Part shown: piece by piece, positions 51,371-60,664 of the stretch
Position numbering within the stretch: position 1 is the stretch's first letter
Layout: the number at the start of each line of letters is the position of its first letter
Assembly (NCBI GenBank): GCA_963703315.1
Contig: OY969811.1
Coordinates: 1,888,001 to 1,952,000 of the forward strand
Length of the DNA stretch: 64,000 bases
Origin: an uncultured cyanobacterium
GTDB lineage: Bacteria > Cyanobacteriota > Cyanobacteriia > Pseudanabaenales > Pseudanabaenaceae
Direction of reading: 5' to 3'
Position numbers and translations under genes: made by a program
Notes under the pieces: model-generated
The model's database searches: none
What the model saw: the letters and a program-made list of their open reading frames with translations, nothing else
Told to the model about the DNA's origin: nothing

Positions 51371-52630
51371 ATGATCGTAACACTTTCCAGACAATCAACT
51401 CTAAGCCTATCAATAAACGGCGATCGCCTTGATCGCCATCTTGCGGAACTTGCAGAAATAGGTAAGCTAGCTAATGGGGGCGTATGTAGACTGGCTTTTT
51501 CCGATGCCGATGTGCAGGCGCGATCGCTGATCAAAAGTTGGATGCTGGAAGCAGGGATGACCGTGCGCGGTGATGCAGTCGGGAATATCATTGGCACGTA
51601 TGCTGGTACGGAGTCAGGGATGGCGGCATTGGCGACAGGTTCGCACATTGATACAGTGCCTGTGGGAGGTCGCTATGATGGCTGTCTGGGTGTTTTAGCA
51701 GGAATTGAAGTAGCACGAGTATTTCAAGAAAATCAGTTCCGTTTACGCCATCCTTTGGAAGTAATTGTTTTCTCTGACGAAGAAAATAGCGTCATTGGGT
51801 GCAAAGCGATCGCAGGAAATGCCCCCACCGATCCCGAACGCTATCGCCGCAAAGATGGTACATCCATTCAGGATTGTTTAGCCAAAGTTGGTGGTGATTG
51901 GAATGCTGTAGCAACAGCAAAGCGCGATCGCAATGACATTGCTGCTTTTATAGAACTGCACGTCGAGCAAGGTGGGGTATTGGAAGCGCTAGATAAACAA
52001 ATCGGCGTAGTTACGGGCATAGTTGGTCAATATCGCTTTATGGTGCAGATCATCGGTCGTCCCAATCACGCAGGGACAACGCTAATGAATATGCGAAAGG
52101 ATGCTCTTGTGGCGGCTTCTCAACTTGTACTTGCCATCAATCGTTTGGGAATGACAACTAAAGGCGATCAAGTGGCTACAGTGGGACATCTCACCGTTTC
52201 CCCTAATGCCACTAATGTTGTACCTGCCCATGTTGATTTGAGCATTGATCTGCGCGATCTATCAGAAGAAAATTTACGGTTTCTAATTGATCAGATTGAA
52301 CAAGAATGTAAGGCGATCGCTAAAAATACGGGTACAGAAATTACAATTGAGCAGAAGCTTCATGTTTTACCAACTCCAGCTAAATCGGAACTCATGGAGG
52401 CGATCACCAAAGTTTGCGAAGACCTTGAACTTAGTTATGATTATTTACCGAGTCGGGCGGGGCATGATGCCCAAGAGATCGGACGTTTTACGGATATGGG
52501 GATGATTTTTGTACCAAGTCGTGACGGTATTAGCCATTCTCAAGATGAATATACTTCTCCTGAACAATGCGCTCAAGGGGCAAATGTTCTATTACATACA
52601 CTTTTGGCGATCGATAATTGCTATCCCTAG
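51371..52630 (+). CDS. M20 Zn-dependent hydrolase (allantoate amidohydrolase/N-carbamoylase family)
   Basis: GSHIDTV..GG.YDG, DEE, ELHVEQG, NHAGTT, AGHDAQ, GISH. Confidence 0.88.
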   Translation: MIVTLSRQSTLSLSINGDRLDRHLAELAEIGKLANGGVCRLAFSDADVQARSLIKSWMLEAGMTVRGDAVGNIIGTYAGTESGMAALATGSHIDTVPVGGRYDGCLGVLAGIEVARVFQENQFRLRHPLEVIVFSDEENSVIGCKAIAGNAPTDPERYRRKDGTSIQDCLAKVGGDWNAVATAKRDRNDIAAFIELHVEQGGVLEALDKQIGVVTGIVGQYRFMVQIIGRPNHAGTTLMNMRKDALVAASQLVLAINRLGMTTKGDQVATVGHLTVSPNATNVVPAHVDLSIDLRDLSEENLRFLIDQIEQECKAIAKNTGTEITIEQKLHVLPTPAKSELMEAITKVCEDLELSYDYLPSRAGHDAQEIGRFTDMGMIFVPSRDGISHSQDEYTSPEQCAQGANVLLHTLLAIDNCYP

Positions 52631-52716
52631 TTGTCAATCCTCCCAGTGAATAATTTTGGGTGCGCGGCTCCGCCGCGCACCCAAAATTATTCACTATCAA
52701 ACTTAGGTAAATCTTA

Positions 52717-54072
52717 ATGGGTACAGTTCTCGTCAAAAATATTCATACTTTGGTGACAATGGATCGCGATCGCCGCGAGCTTCATAATGCAGCAATTTTT
52801 GTGCAGGATCAGGCGATCGCACAGGTCGGACTGACCGAAGATTTACCTAAAGATGCGGATCAAGTTCTCGATTTGCAAGGAAGACATATTGTCATGCCGG
52901 GGTTAGTCAATACTCACCACCATTTCTACCAAACCCTTACCAAAGTAGTTCCCGATGCTCAGAATTGCGATCTATTCAACTGGCTAAAAACACTCTATCC
53001 AATTTGGTCAAAACTAACTGCTGAAGGTGTCTATGTGAGCGCTCAGATGGCTGCCGCCGAACTAATGCTCTCTGGCTGTACCACTGCGAGTGATCATCTC
53101 TATATCTATCCCAATGACTGTACCTTAGATGATGAAATTGCGGCGATGCAAGCGATCGGCATCCGCTTTCATGCCAGTCGCGGCAGTATGAGTGTCGGAG
53201 AGAGTTTAGGTGGATTGCCCCCTGATAGTTTAGTAGAAAAGGAAGCAGATATTCTCAAAGACTCGCAACGATTGATTGAACAGTATCATGATTCCTCTCG
53301 TTATGCGATGTTGCGAATGACCTTAGCTCCCTGTTCACCTTTCTCCGTTTCCCCTGACCTCATGCGCGAGTCGGCAACGATGGCGCGATCCTATACCAGT
53401 GTGAGACTGCATACTCATCTTGCGGAAAACCAATCCGATATCGACTACAGTTTGCAGAAGTTTGGAATGAGTCCTGAAGACTATGCGGAATCAGTCGGTT
53501 GGCTTGGTGATGATGTTTGGCACGCCCATTGTGTGAAGTTAAGTGATCAAGCGATCGCCAAGTTTGGACGCACTGGCACTGGAGTAGCACATTGTCCTTG
53601 CAGTAATATGCGTCTGGCGAGTGGCATTGCCCCCATTCGTAAAATGCTTAATCATGGTGTGCCTGTGGGCTTGGGGGTGGATGGTTCCGCTTCCAATGAC
53701 ATTGGCAACTTGATGCAAGAAGCTAGAACTGCTTTTCTCTTAGCAAGAGTTGGTAGTTGCGATGCCCAGTCAATGAGTGCTAGAGATGTTTTAGAAATTG
53801 CCACCTTAGGCGGCGCGAGGGTATTGGGAAGAGATGACATCGGCGCGATCGCCCCCAATATGGCGGCAGATTTTATTGCGATTAATGTTGATCGTCCAGA
53901 GTTCGCAGGCGCACATCGCGACTTAGTATCGGCTTTGATCTTCTGTCCTGTCGGCAATGTGGATTACAGTTTTATCAATGGGCGAATGGTAGTGGAACGT
54001 GGACAATTAACTACCGTCGATCTACCGATTCTAATTGAACGGACAAATAAATTGTCACTAGCCATGTTGTAG
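52717..54072 (+). CDS. 8-oxoguanine deaminase
   Basis: NTHHHFYQ, SRGSMS, PCSPFS, HTHLAE, GVDGSASND. Confidence 0.85.
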   Translation: MGTVLVKNIHTLVTMDRDRRELHNAAIFVQDQAIAQVGLTEDLPKDADQVLDLQGRHIVMPGLVNTHHHFYQTLTKVVPDAQNCDLFNWLKTLYPIWSKLTAEGVYVSAQMAAAELMLSGCTTASDHLYIYPNDCTLDDEIAAMQAIGIRFHASRGSMSVGESLGGLPPDSLVEKEADILKDSQRLIEQYHDSSRYAMLRMTLAPCSPFSVSPDLMRESATMARSYTSVRLHTHLAENQSDIDYSLQKFGMSPEDYAESVGWLGDDVWHAHCVKLSDQAIAKFGRTGTGVAHCPCSNMRLASGIAPIRKMLNHGVPVGLGVDGSASNDIGNLMQEARTAFLLARVGSCDAQSMSARDVLEIATLGGARVLGRDDIGAIAPNMAADFIAINVDRPEFAGAHRDLVSALIFCPVGNVDYSFINGRMVVERGQLTTVDLPILIERTNKLSLAML

Positions 54073-54123
54073 AGTTGGGCGATCGCCAAAGAATGAAACG
54101 CTCTTTCCTCCTTTGATCTGTAT

Positions 54124-54192
54124 GTATTGTTGTATACAGAAACTTTCTTGCTACTAACCTTAAATACAGGTTAGTTCTGTATACAGTATACA
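54124..54192 (+). promoter_or_regulatory. NtcA-like box (54124-54137) plus GntR-type operator (54178-54192)
   Basis: GTA-TTGTTGTA-TAC and TGTATACAGTATACA upstream of the ABC transporter. Confidence 0.6.
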
Positions 54193-54214
54193 TATTTAGC
54201 TTTGCAGAGAGATA

Positions 54215-55351
54215 ATGCTTCATACTTTCAAGAAACAGTTACACAGAATTCTCTTTATTGCAGTTTCCACAACAGTACTTGCTGCTTGCAACAGTGCGCC
54301 ACCAAGCACAACCTCTGGCGATAAGCCTTCAACAACTGCAACAACGACCAAATCAGTCAATCCTGATCAGAAAGCCAAACAAGATATTCGTGTGCAGCTT
54401 CCCTTTCTGAAACAAAGTCTTGATGCACCTCTAATTTGGGCGATCGAAAAAGGCTATTTTGCAGAGGAAGGACTAAACGTCAGTTACGAGCGTGGTTTTG
54501 GGAACGCTGATACCATTAGTAAGTTGGGTACTGGCAAGTACGACATGGCATTTAGCGATGTCTACAATGCGATGGAGTTTAATGACAAAAATCCTAATGA
54601 TAAGATTCTTGCTGTAGCCTTTTATCAAAACAAAGCTCCTTTCTCAATTGTTACTTTCAAAGCAAATGGAATTAAAAGCCCTGCCGAACTATCTGGCAAA
54701 AAGCTTGGTGCGCCCGCAGGTGATGGACCTCGCAAGCTATTTCCTCTTTTGGCGAAAGAAGTGAAAATCTCTCCCGATTCAGTCACTTGGGACACAATGG
54801 AACCGAAGCTGCGGGAAACCTTTTTGCTACAGGGTAAAGTTGATGCAGTCAGTGGTTTTTATACTTCAGTTGTTCCATCATTGATCAAAGGTGGAAAGAC
54901 GATGGAGGATATTCAAATCTTTTTCTATGACGAATATGGCTTAGATTTTTATGGCAATGGGATTTTAGTCAAACAAGATTTCATGACCAAAAATCCTGAA
55001 GCCATCAAAGCTTTCCTCAAAGCCTATTTTCGAGCCATGCAGGAAGTTATCAAAGATCCTAGTGCCGCCCTTGATCTAGTTGTATCCACCGATCAAAGTA
55101 AGTTGATGGATCGAGATGCAGAGAAGCTACGTTTAAAACTCGCCCTCGAACGGATGTATGTGACTCCAGAATTAGAAGCATCTGGTTTGGGTGGTGCGGA
55201 CATGAAACGGCTCGATAAGAGTATCGCTCAAACCGTTGAGGGTTTTAAATTGAAGCCTACTACCTCTGCGGATTTGTTTACCGATAAGTTCTTGCCGCCT
55301 AAAGAACAACGGATGGTTCCTCCTGCTAGCGATCGCAAACCATTGCTCTAA
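54215..55351 (+). CDS. ABC transporter substrate-binding lipoprotein (NMT1/THI5 family)
   Basis: LAAC lipobox, A.EKGYFAEEGL.V, LDFYGNG. Confidence 0.88.
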   Translation: MLHTFKKQLHRILFIAVSTTVLAACNSAPPSTTSGDKPSTTATTTKSVNPDQKAKQDIRVQLPFLKQSLDAPLIWAIEKGYFAEEGLNVSYERGFGNADTISKLGTGKYDMAFSDVYNAMEFNDKNPNDKILAVAFYQNKAPFSIVTFKANGIKSPAELSGKKLGAPAGDGPRKLFPLLAKEVKISPDSVTWDTMEPKLRETFLLQGKVDAVSGFYTSVVPSLIKGGKTMEDIQIFFYDEYGLDFYGNGILVKQDFMTKNPEAIKAFLKAYFRAMQEVIKDPSAALDLVVSTDQSKLMDRDAEKLRLKLALERMYVTPELEASGLGGADMKRLDKSIAQTVEGFKLKPTTSADLFTDKFLPPKEQRMVPPASDRKPLL

Positions 55352-55457
55352 TAGCAAAACAGATACCAAAACAGAAAATGGCATAGCCATTTTCTGTTTT
55401 TAAAACCCTTACTGGGTTTGGTTTCATTACTCCACTCAATAAAATGGCATAACTAAA

Positions 55458-56282
55458 ATGGTTCAGCCTCTAACTTCCTCTTCTACTGAAACTGCTACTC
55501 ATTCTATGCCCTTGCTAGAATTTGATCGGATTGGTTTGGAATATCCATTTGGCGAATCGATGCGTCGGATTATTCAGGAAATCTCGCTCGACATCCAAGC
55601 AGGTGAATTTGTCTCTTTTGTCGGTCCTAGTGGATGCGGCAAAACCTCGATTTTACGGATGGTTTCAGGCTTAAGTCCAACTAAAATTGGTGAGTTACGT
55701 TGTCATGGTCAACCAGTCACAAAACCACTCAAAAATGTGGGTATTGCTTTCCAGAATCCCGTATTACTACCTTGGCGACGGACTATTGATAATGTATTAC
55801 TGCCCTTAGAAGTAGTCCATCCCTATAAGCGCGATTTCAAAGTTAATCATGCTCATTATGTGGAAATGGCACAAAAATTATTGCAGGCAGTGGGTTTAAA
55901 GGATTTCCAACAGCAGTTCCCTTGGCAGTTGTCGGGTGGTATGCGGCAGAGAGCTTCTCTTTGTCGTTCCTTGATTCACCAACCAGAAATTTTACTATTA
56001 GATGAACCCTTTGGGGCGCTAGATGCCTTTACCCGTGAGGAAATGTGGGTAATGCTGCAAAAGTTATGGATGGAAGCAAAGTGTGTGGGAATTTTAATTA
56101 CCCATGATTTGAGAGAAGCTGTATTTTTGTCAGATACCGTTTATGTGATGAGTCCACGCCCCAGTGAGATTGCTTTCAAGCTGAAAATTGATCTGCCGCG
56201 TCCAAGAACCTTAGAAATGTGTCTCAGTGATGAGTTTGCTCATCTTGCTGCCGAACTACGTCGTCATATTCACAAAAACTAA
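55458..56282 (+). CDS. ABC transporter ATP-binding protein (NitT/TauB type)
   Basis: GPSGCGKT, LSGGMRQR, DEPFGALDAFTRE. Confidence 0.93.
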   Translation: MVQPLTSSSTETATHSMPLLEFDRIGLEYPFGESMRRIIQEISLDIQAGEFVSFVGPSGCGKTSILRMVSGLSPTKIGELRCHGQPVTKPLKNVGIAFQNPVLLPWRRTIDNVLLPLEVVHPYKRDFKVNHAHYVEMAQKLLQAVGLKDFQQQFPWQLSGGMRQRASLCRSLIHQPEILLLDEPFGALDAFTREEMWVMLQKLWMEAKCVGILITHDLREAVFLSDTVYVMSPRPSEIAFKLKIDLPRPRTLEMCLSDEFAHLAAELRRHIHKN

Positions 56283-56401
56283 ACTATCTAAAAGCTGTAG
56301 TGAAGTACGGGATTGTTTCCCCGCCTTCGGCGGGGAAACAATCCTATGTACCTCGCTTGCTTGAAAAGCGCTATATATGAAAATGATCCTCAGGAGAAAA
56401 T

Positions 56402-57211
56402 ATGCAGGGAACTATTGAGAATGCAAGGCAATCGCCTAAGAAGTTTGATTTTGATGCTTTTCTGAATACGAAATCGGCGACGGTCATCTTGCCAGCGATC
56501 GCCACAGTTGTATTATTTGTGATCTGGGAAGTTGCAGTATGGGCATTGAAGATTCAGCCTTTTAATTTACCTGCTCCTTCCAAAATTTTAGAAGCAACCA
56601 TCAAATTTGCACCTCAGCTTACCGAAAACTCTTTGAGAACAATCTGGACAACCTTTGCGGGTTTTGCGATCGCTAGCATCGTCGGTGTAGTTTTAGGCTT
56701 TCTAATTGGTTACTCTCGATTCATTTATCTAACTTTCTATCCATTACTAGTTGCCTTTAATACAATTCCGAAGTCAGCACTAGTGCCATTGTTAGCGGTT
56801 TGGTTTGGAGCCAATGCTATTCCTGCGATCGTCACCGCATTTTTGCTAGCATTTTTCCCGATCGCGGTTAATGTTGCCCTTGGTTTAGAAACCATTGAGC
56901 CTGAGATGAAAGATGTTTTACACGCTTTGGGAGCATCTAATTTTGAGATATTCCAGAAAGTTGGCTGGCCGCATACCTTACCCTATGTATTTGCCTCTCT
57001 CAAAATTGCGGTTTCCTTTTCCTTTATCGGAGCCGTAATTGCTGAGTCGATCGCTTCTAATGCAGGTTTAGGCTATCTGATCGTACAGGCAGCATCGGAC
57101 TTTAATGTACCTCTTGCCTTTGCAGCATTGATTGCCCTTGCGATCTTAGGGGTGATGCTATACGCCTTATTTGTCGCTATAGAAAAGAAAGTTATCTACT
57201 GGGCAAGATAA
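56402..57211 (+). CDS. ABC transporter permease (NitT/TauC type)
   Basis: LPAPS, PK.AL.PL...WFG, GAVIAE, GLGYLI. Confidence 0.92.
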   Translation: MQGTIENARQSPKKFDFDAFLNTKSATVILPAIATVVLFVIWEVAVWALKIQPFNLPAPSKILEATIKFAPQLTENSLRTIWTTFAGFAIASIVGVVLGFLIGYSRFIYLTFYPLLVAFNTIPKSALVPLLAVWFGANAIPAIVTAFLLAFFPIAVNVALGLETIEPEMKDVLHALGASNFEIFQKVGWPHTLPYVFASLKIAVSFSFIGAVIAESIASNAGLGYLIVQAASDFNVPLAFAALIALAILGVMLYALFVAIEKKVIYWAR

Positions 57212-57265
57212 TCCTCTAACAAGCAATAAAAAAGGCTCGCCTAGGCGAGCCTTTTTTATTGTTTG

Positions 57266-57442
57266 TTATCTAGGTTTTGGCAACCATCCCAAATGGCGAT
57301 AGTTTGGGTGGAGATAATCTTTGGGTTCACGGCTGTCAATTACTTCTTCAAATTTTGGCAGATCATCTACCTCTATAAATATTAGGCGATCGTCATAATT
57401 TCGATCTTTGGGTTGCTTGATATTTTTACTAAGAGTTTGCAT
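57266..57442 (-). CDS. Candidate 58-aa small protein
   Basis: MQTLSKNIKQPKDRNYDDRLIFIEVDDLPKFEEVIDSREPKDYLHPNYRHLGWLPKPR*; stop lies beside a bidirectional hairpin. Confidence 0.45.
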   Translation of the reverse strand: MQTLSKNIKQPKDRNYDDRLIFIEVDDLPKFEEVIDSREPKDYLHPNYRHLGWLPKPR

Positions 57443-57695
57443 AGCTTTGTTTTAACTCATAAATTTTAATTTCTATTTGTATTATAAACTACATTTATTT
57501 CAAAACAAGCTGAGAGTTGTTATTCAATGACATTAATGAATAATTAATGAATATATGGTTAGCTATAGCTAAATAAATTAAGACATCAAGCCCATAAGAG
57601 AGGGGCGGCGCTTTGCGCCGCCCCTCTCTTATGGTATAAAACAGCAAAAGCCTTGCATTGCAAGGCTTTTGCTAAAAATGAACTTTTGCTTGTTT

Positions 57696-59600
57696 CTAGA
57701 AACTAAACTGAGTGCGGAGATTACCGACAAATACAGTTGGGTTAGTCGAGAAACTATTAGGATTGAAAATTGCGTAGAAGGCAGGGACGATCGCAATATT
57801 TTTACTGATTGGATAGTAGTAAGACATCTCTACGTCATACTGGGTTGCACCATTCCCACCGCCAGAAGCAAGGAAATTTCGACCACTGCTATAGCTGTGA
57901 GGTACAACAAAGGAAAGTACGCCCAATGCACCTTCCTTAAATAGATCTGGAAAAGCTAAACCAAATTGATAGGCATTTACATTTACACTACCACCAGCGA
58001 TCGCGGGATTAATTGGCGAAATGTTAGTACTACCGTAGGAATAGCGACCAAATACACCAAAACCTTTTGTAATCAACCAATCAAAGTTAAGGATAAACGT
58101 ATCTGCGGTCGCATTATTGATACCGCCACCTTGACCATCATCCGCAATCCCGTATGGCAGAGGTTCAGCAGTAGCGCCAGTAATCCGATTAGCAAGAGGT
58201 GGGATAAGAACGCCAGTGGTTTTAATATTGGAATGAGTGTACAAGAACCGAAAGTTGGCATCACGACTTGGCGAATATACTAACTCTGCCGACAGTGTAT
58301 TTGTACCTCCAAACAAACCTTGTTGAGGATTGCTAGAAGTATTGAAGTTAGGATTAGTCGCAGGGAGAAATTCTGTGTTTTCACCAAGATAACCAGCAGT
58401 AAATTTAAACTGAGGATTAATCATCCAAGTGACAATTGCACCTGAACCGCGATCGACAGCATTCGATAAAGTACTGCCATTGGAGTTAAAGCTAGTTGCA
58501 CCCGTCAAGAAATTAGTGAAGCGGTTCCCATCAAAATAGCGATAGAAGTTTAAACGAGGACCGATCGCCAGATTGACATTATCAGAAACAGGGAAGCTAT
58601 AAAATAACTCTCGAATATTAAAGGTATTAGCAGTTGGTACACCTGTCTGATCTAGAAACGGTGTCCCCCAAGAGTTAAAGAAACCGTTGGATGCAAAATT
58701 ATTGGCAGGAGAGTTACCATTACCTGTTACCAGTTGAGTTACTAAAGCATCTTTGCCAGTAAATGAGGTGGTTAGGGTGAGAAATAGATAGTAACCAAAG
58801 GTGAGATTAGGACGGATTGCTGTGGTCGTTAAAGGCTGTCCAGTGATACTGCGTGCGCCAGTCTCTCTAATCACATCTCCCGAAGCGGTGGCTCCAGTGA
58901 GATTAAAGAAAGCAAGTCCACTCAGTTTTGTCGTTGTAGAGAACTGCTGTGCTTCGAGCTTAGCTGTTTTTGCATCAAGGGCATCCACACGACCGCGTAA
59001 AGTTGCCAATTCAGCCGCAAATTCTTCTTGCAACTTCTGTAAAGTAGCAAGGTCTTCCTTTGATACTTTGTCCGCTAGCCCTGCGGAAATAATTTCATTA
59101 ATTTTATCCAAACAGGCATTCAGTCCCGCCGCAAATTCATAGCGAGCTAGGGCTTTGCTGCCACGAAAAGTCCGATCAGGATAGCCTGCGATACATCCAT
59201 ATCTTTCTACTAGAGATTGCAGAGCCGTGAATGCCCAATCGGTTGGACGCACATCAGACAACTGGGATACCGAGGTTACTGAGGCAACATCAGTCGTCTC
59301 AGTGAGCTTGTCTACTTCCAGATTGCTAGTAGCTGATTCTACGGTTAGGTTTGGTTGAAGAGTGGTAGCAGCTTCTTGGCGGTCAATTAAATTACTAATT
59401 GATGGCGTAGCTGTCGGTGCAGAATTTGATAAATTATTCGGTAAATTAACTGTTGAGAGATTAGTGGATAAATCTTTTGATAAAGTTTCTGACGTTTGAG
59501 GTGCAGCTTTTACAGGTGCATTGCCCAAAGTAGATAACACAGCAGACATCGTGACAAACATCGCTAGACAAGAGCGCGAACTATTGAAAGCCTTTGACAT
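57696..59600 (-). CDS. SLH-domain/OprB-type outer membrane porin
   Basis: VSQLSDV.PTDWA..ALQSLVERYGCIAGYPD, QFSTTTKL.G, terminal RTQFSF. Confidence 0.93.
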   Translation of the reverse strand: MSKAFNSSRSCLAMFVTMSAVLSTLGNAPVKAAPQTSETLSKDLSTNLSTVNLPNNLSNSAPTATPSISNLIDRQEAATTLQPNLTVESATSNLEVDKLTETTDVASVTSVSQLSDVRPTDWAFTALQSLVERYGCIAGYPDRTFRGSKALARYEFAAGLNACLDKINEIISAGLADKVSKEDLATLQKLQEEFAAELATLRGRVDALDAKTAKLEAQQFSTTTKLSGLAFFNLTGATASGDVIRETGARSITGQPLTTTAIRPNLTFGYYLFLTLTTSFTGKDALVTQLVTGNGNSPANNFASNGFFNSWGTPFLDQTGVPTANTFNIRELFYSFPVSDNVNLAIGPRLNFYRYFDGNRFTNFLTGATSFNSNGSTLSNAVDRGSGAIVTWMINPQFKFTAGYLGENTEFLPATNPNFNTSSNPQQGLFGGTNTLSAELVYSPSRDANFRFLYTHSNIKTTGVLIPPLANRITGATAEPLPYGIADDGQGGGINNATADTFILNFDWLITKGFGVFGRYSYGSTNISPINPAIAGGSVNVNAYQFGLAFPDLFKEGALGVLSFVVPHSYSSGRNFLASGGGNGATQYDVEMSYYYPISKNIAIVPAFYAIFNPNSFSTNPTVFVGNLRTQFSF

Positions 59601-59645
59601 AACTCCTCAAACCAATTACATAAGCGACGAAAATACGAATTCAAA

Positions 59646-59733
59646 AATCGCAGTAACTTGAATACTGTATACAGTATTCAAGTTACTGCGATTAAACTGG
59701 AGAATCGCGATCGCTTTCTGTATTGATGATTAC
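59646..59733. promoter_or_regulatory. 48-bp perfect palindrome centred on the GntR-type operator, plus an NtcA-like box (59720-59733)
   Basis: AATCGCAGTAACTTGAATACTGTA|TACAGTATTCAAGTTACTGCGATT; GTA-TTGATGAT-TAC. Confidence 0.65.
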
Positions 59734-59805
59734 AGTCAATCCAAAACCAAAGGAACCAATTTTTAGTGGCGCTGCGAAGCCGCGCCACTAAAAACTTGCC
59801 GAAAC

Positions 59806-60165
59806 CTAACTACCGCGATAGGTGCTGTAAGCCCAAGGTGATACCAGTAAGGGGACATGGTAGTTAGCATTGACATCAGAAATACCAAAGCGAATGGGAA
59901 CGCGACTTAGGAAAGGGGGCTGGGTTTGAGATATTTCTAGACTTGCAAAATAGTCACTCACATTAAACCAAATTTCATAAATACCTGACTGCATCTCCGC
60001 ACCACTTAGTAATGGCTGATCGGTTCTGCCATCTTGATTGGTATACAGAGTTTTGAGTAAGGTCTTTTTTTCGTGATTGTCAGTTAACCACAACTCAATC
60101 TGCATATTTCTCGCAGGCGATCCATTTACTGTATCGAGAACATGGGTTGAGAGTTTTCCAGTCAT
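59806..60165 (-). CDS. uraH: 5-hydroxyisourate hydrolase
   Basis: MTGKLSTHVLD, TN.DGR, YHVPLL.SP..YSTYRGS. Confidence 0.95.
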   Translation of the reverse strand: MTGKLSTHVLDTVNGSPARNMQIELWLTDNHEKKTLLKTLYTNQDGRTDQPLLSGAEMQSGIYEIWFNVSDYFASLEISQTQPPFLSRVPIRFGISDVNANYHVPLLVSPWAYSTYRGS

Positions 60166-60200
60166 AGTATATTGTATTTGATAATTGCATACTGTATACA
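60166..60200. promoter_or_regulatory. Putative GntR operator region
   Basis: ATACTGTATACA at 60189-60200; AGTATATTGTATT at 60166-60178 is identical to 51312-51324. Confidence 0.65.
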
Positions 60201-60233
60201 ATAACTTAGCCTATAACTTCAACATTGCTACTT

Positions 60234-60626
60234 ATGACCACATCTAACGGGACAAGACGAGTATTTATCTGCGGTTCAGCATTGCGAGGACAGCCTGATC
60301 ATGGCAATTTGCAAGATGCCAAATTTATCCGTACTGCTAATACCCAATCACGTTATCGACTTCATGCGGCTGGCGACGGTTGGCATCCTGCGATTTATGA
60401 AGTAGAAACAGGGGGGATTTCCATCCCTGGGGAAGTCTATGAGATGCAAGCCGATGAATTTGACTACCTCGCTAGTAATGAGCCTCCTCATATGTATCCT
60501 ACAGATGTTTATTTGGAAGATGGAGAAGTATTGACAGCTTTCTTCTATCCTCAAGAGTTAATCGAAAAGTTTAATTGGAAAGACATCTCTCATCTTGGTG
60601 GTTGGGCTGCTTATAAAAGTGCATAG
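60234..60626 (+). CDS. Gamma-glutamylcyclotransferase-fold protein resembling the allophanate hydrolase C-terminal domain
   Basis: F.CGS..RG...H..L, T...YRL, SI.GEVY, V.L.DG, DIS..GGW.AY. Confidence 0.75.
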   Translation: MTTSNGTRRVFICGSALRGQPDHGNLQDAKFIRTANTQSRYRLHAAGDGWHPAIYEVETGGISIPGEVYEMQADEFDYLASNEPPHMYPTDVYLEDGEVLTAFFYPQELIEKFNWKDISHLGGWAAYKSA

Positions 60627-60664
60627 ACTAAAAGAAAATGGCTCGCTTTGCGAGCCATTTTCTT

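Noticed and set aside
59653..59686. NtcA boxes inside the 48-bp palindrome
   Set aside because: Spacing is GTA-N7-TAC, not N8
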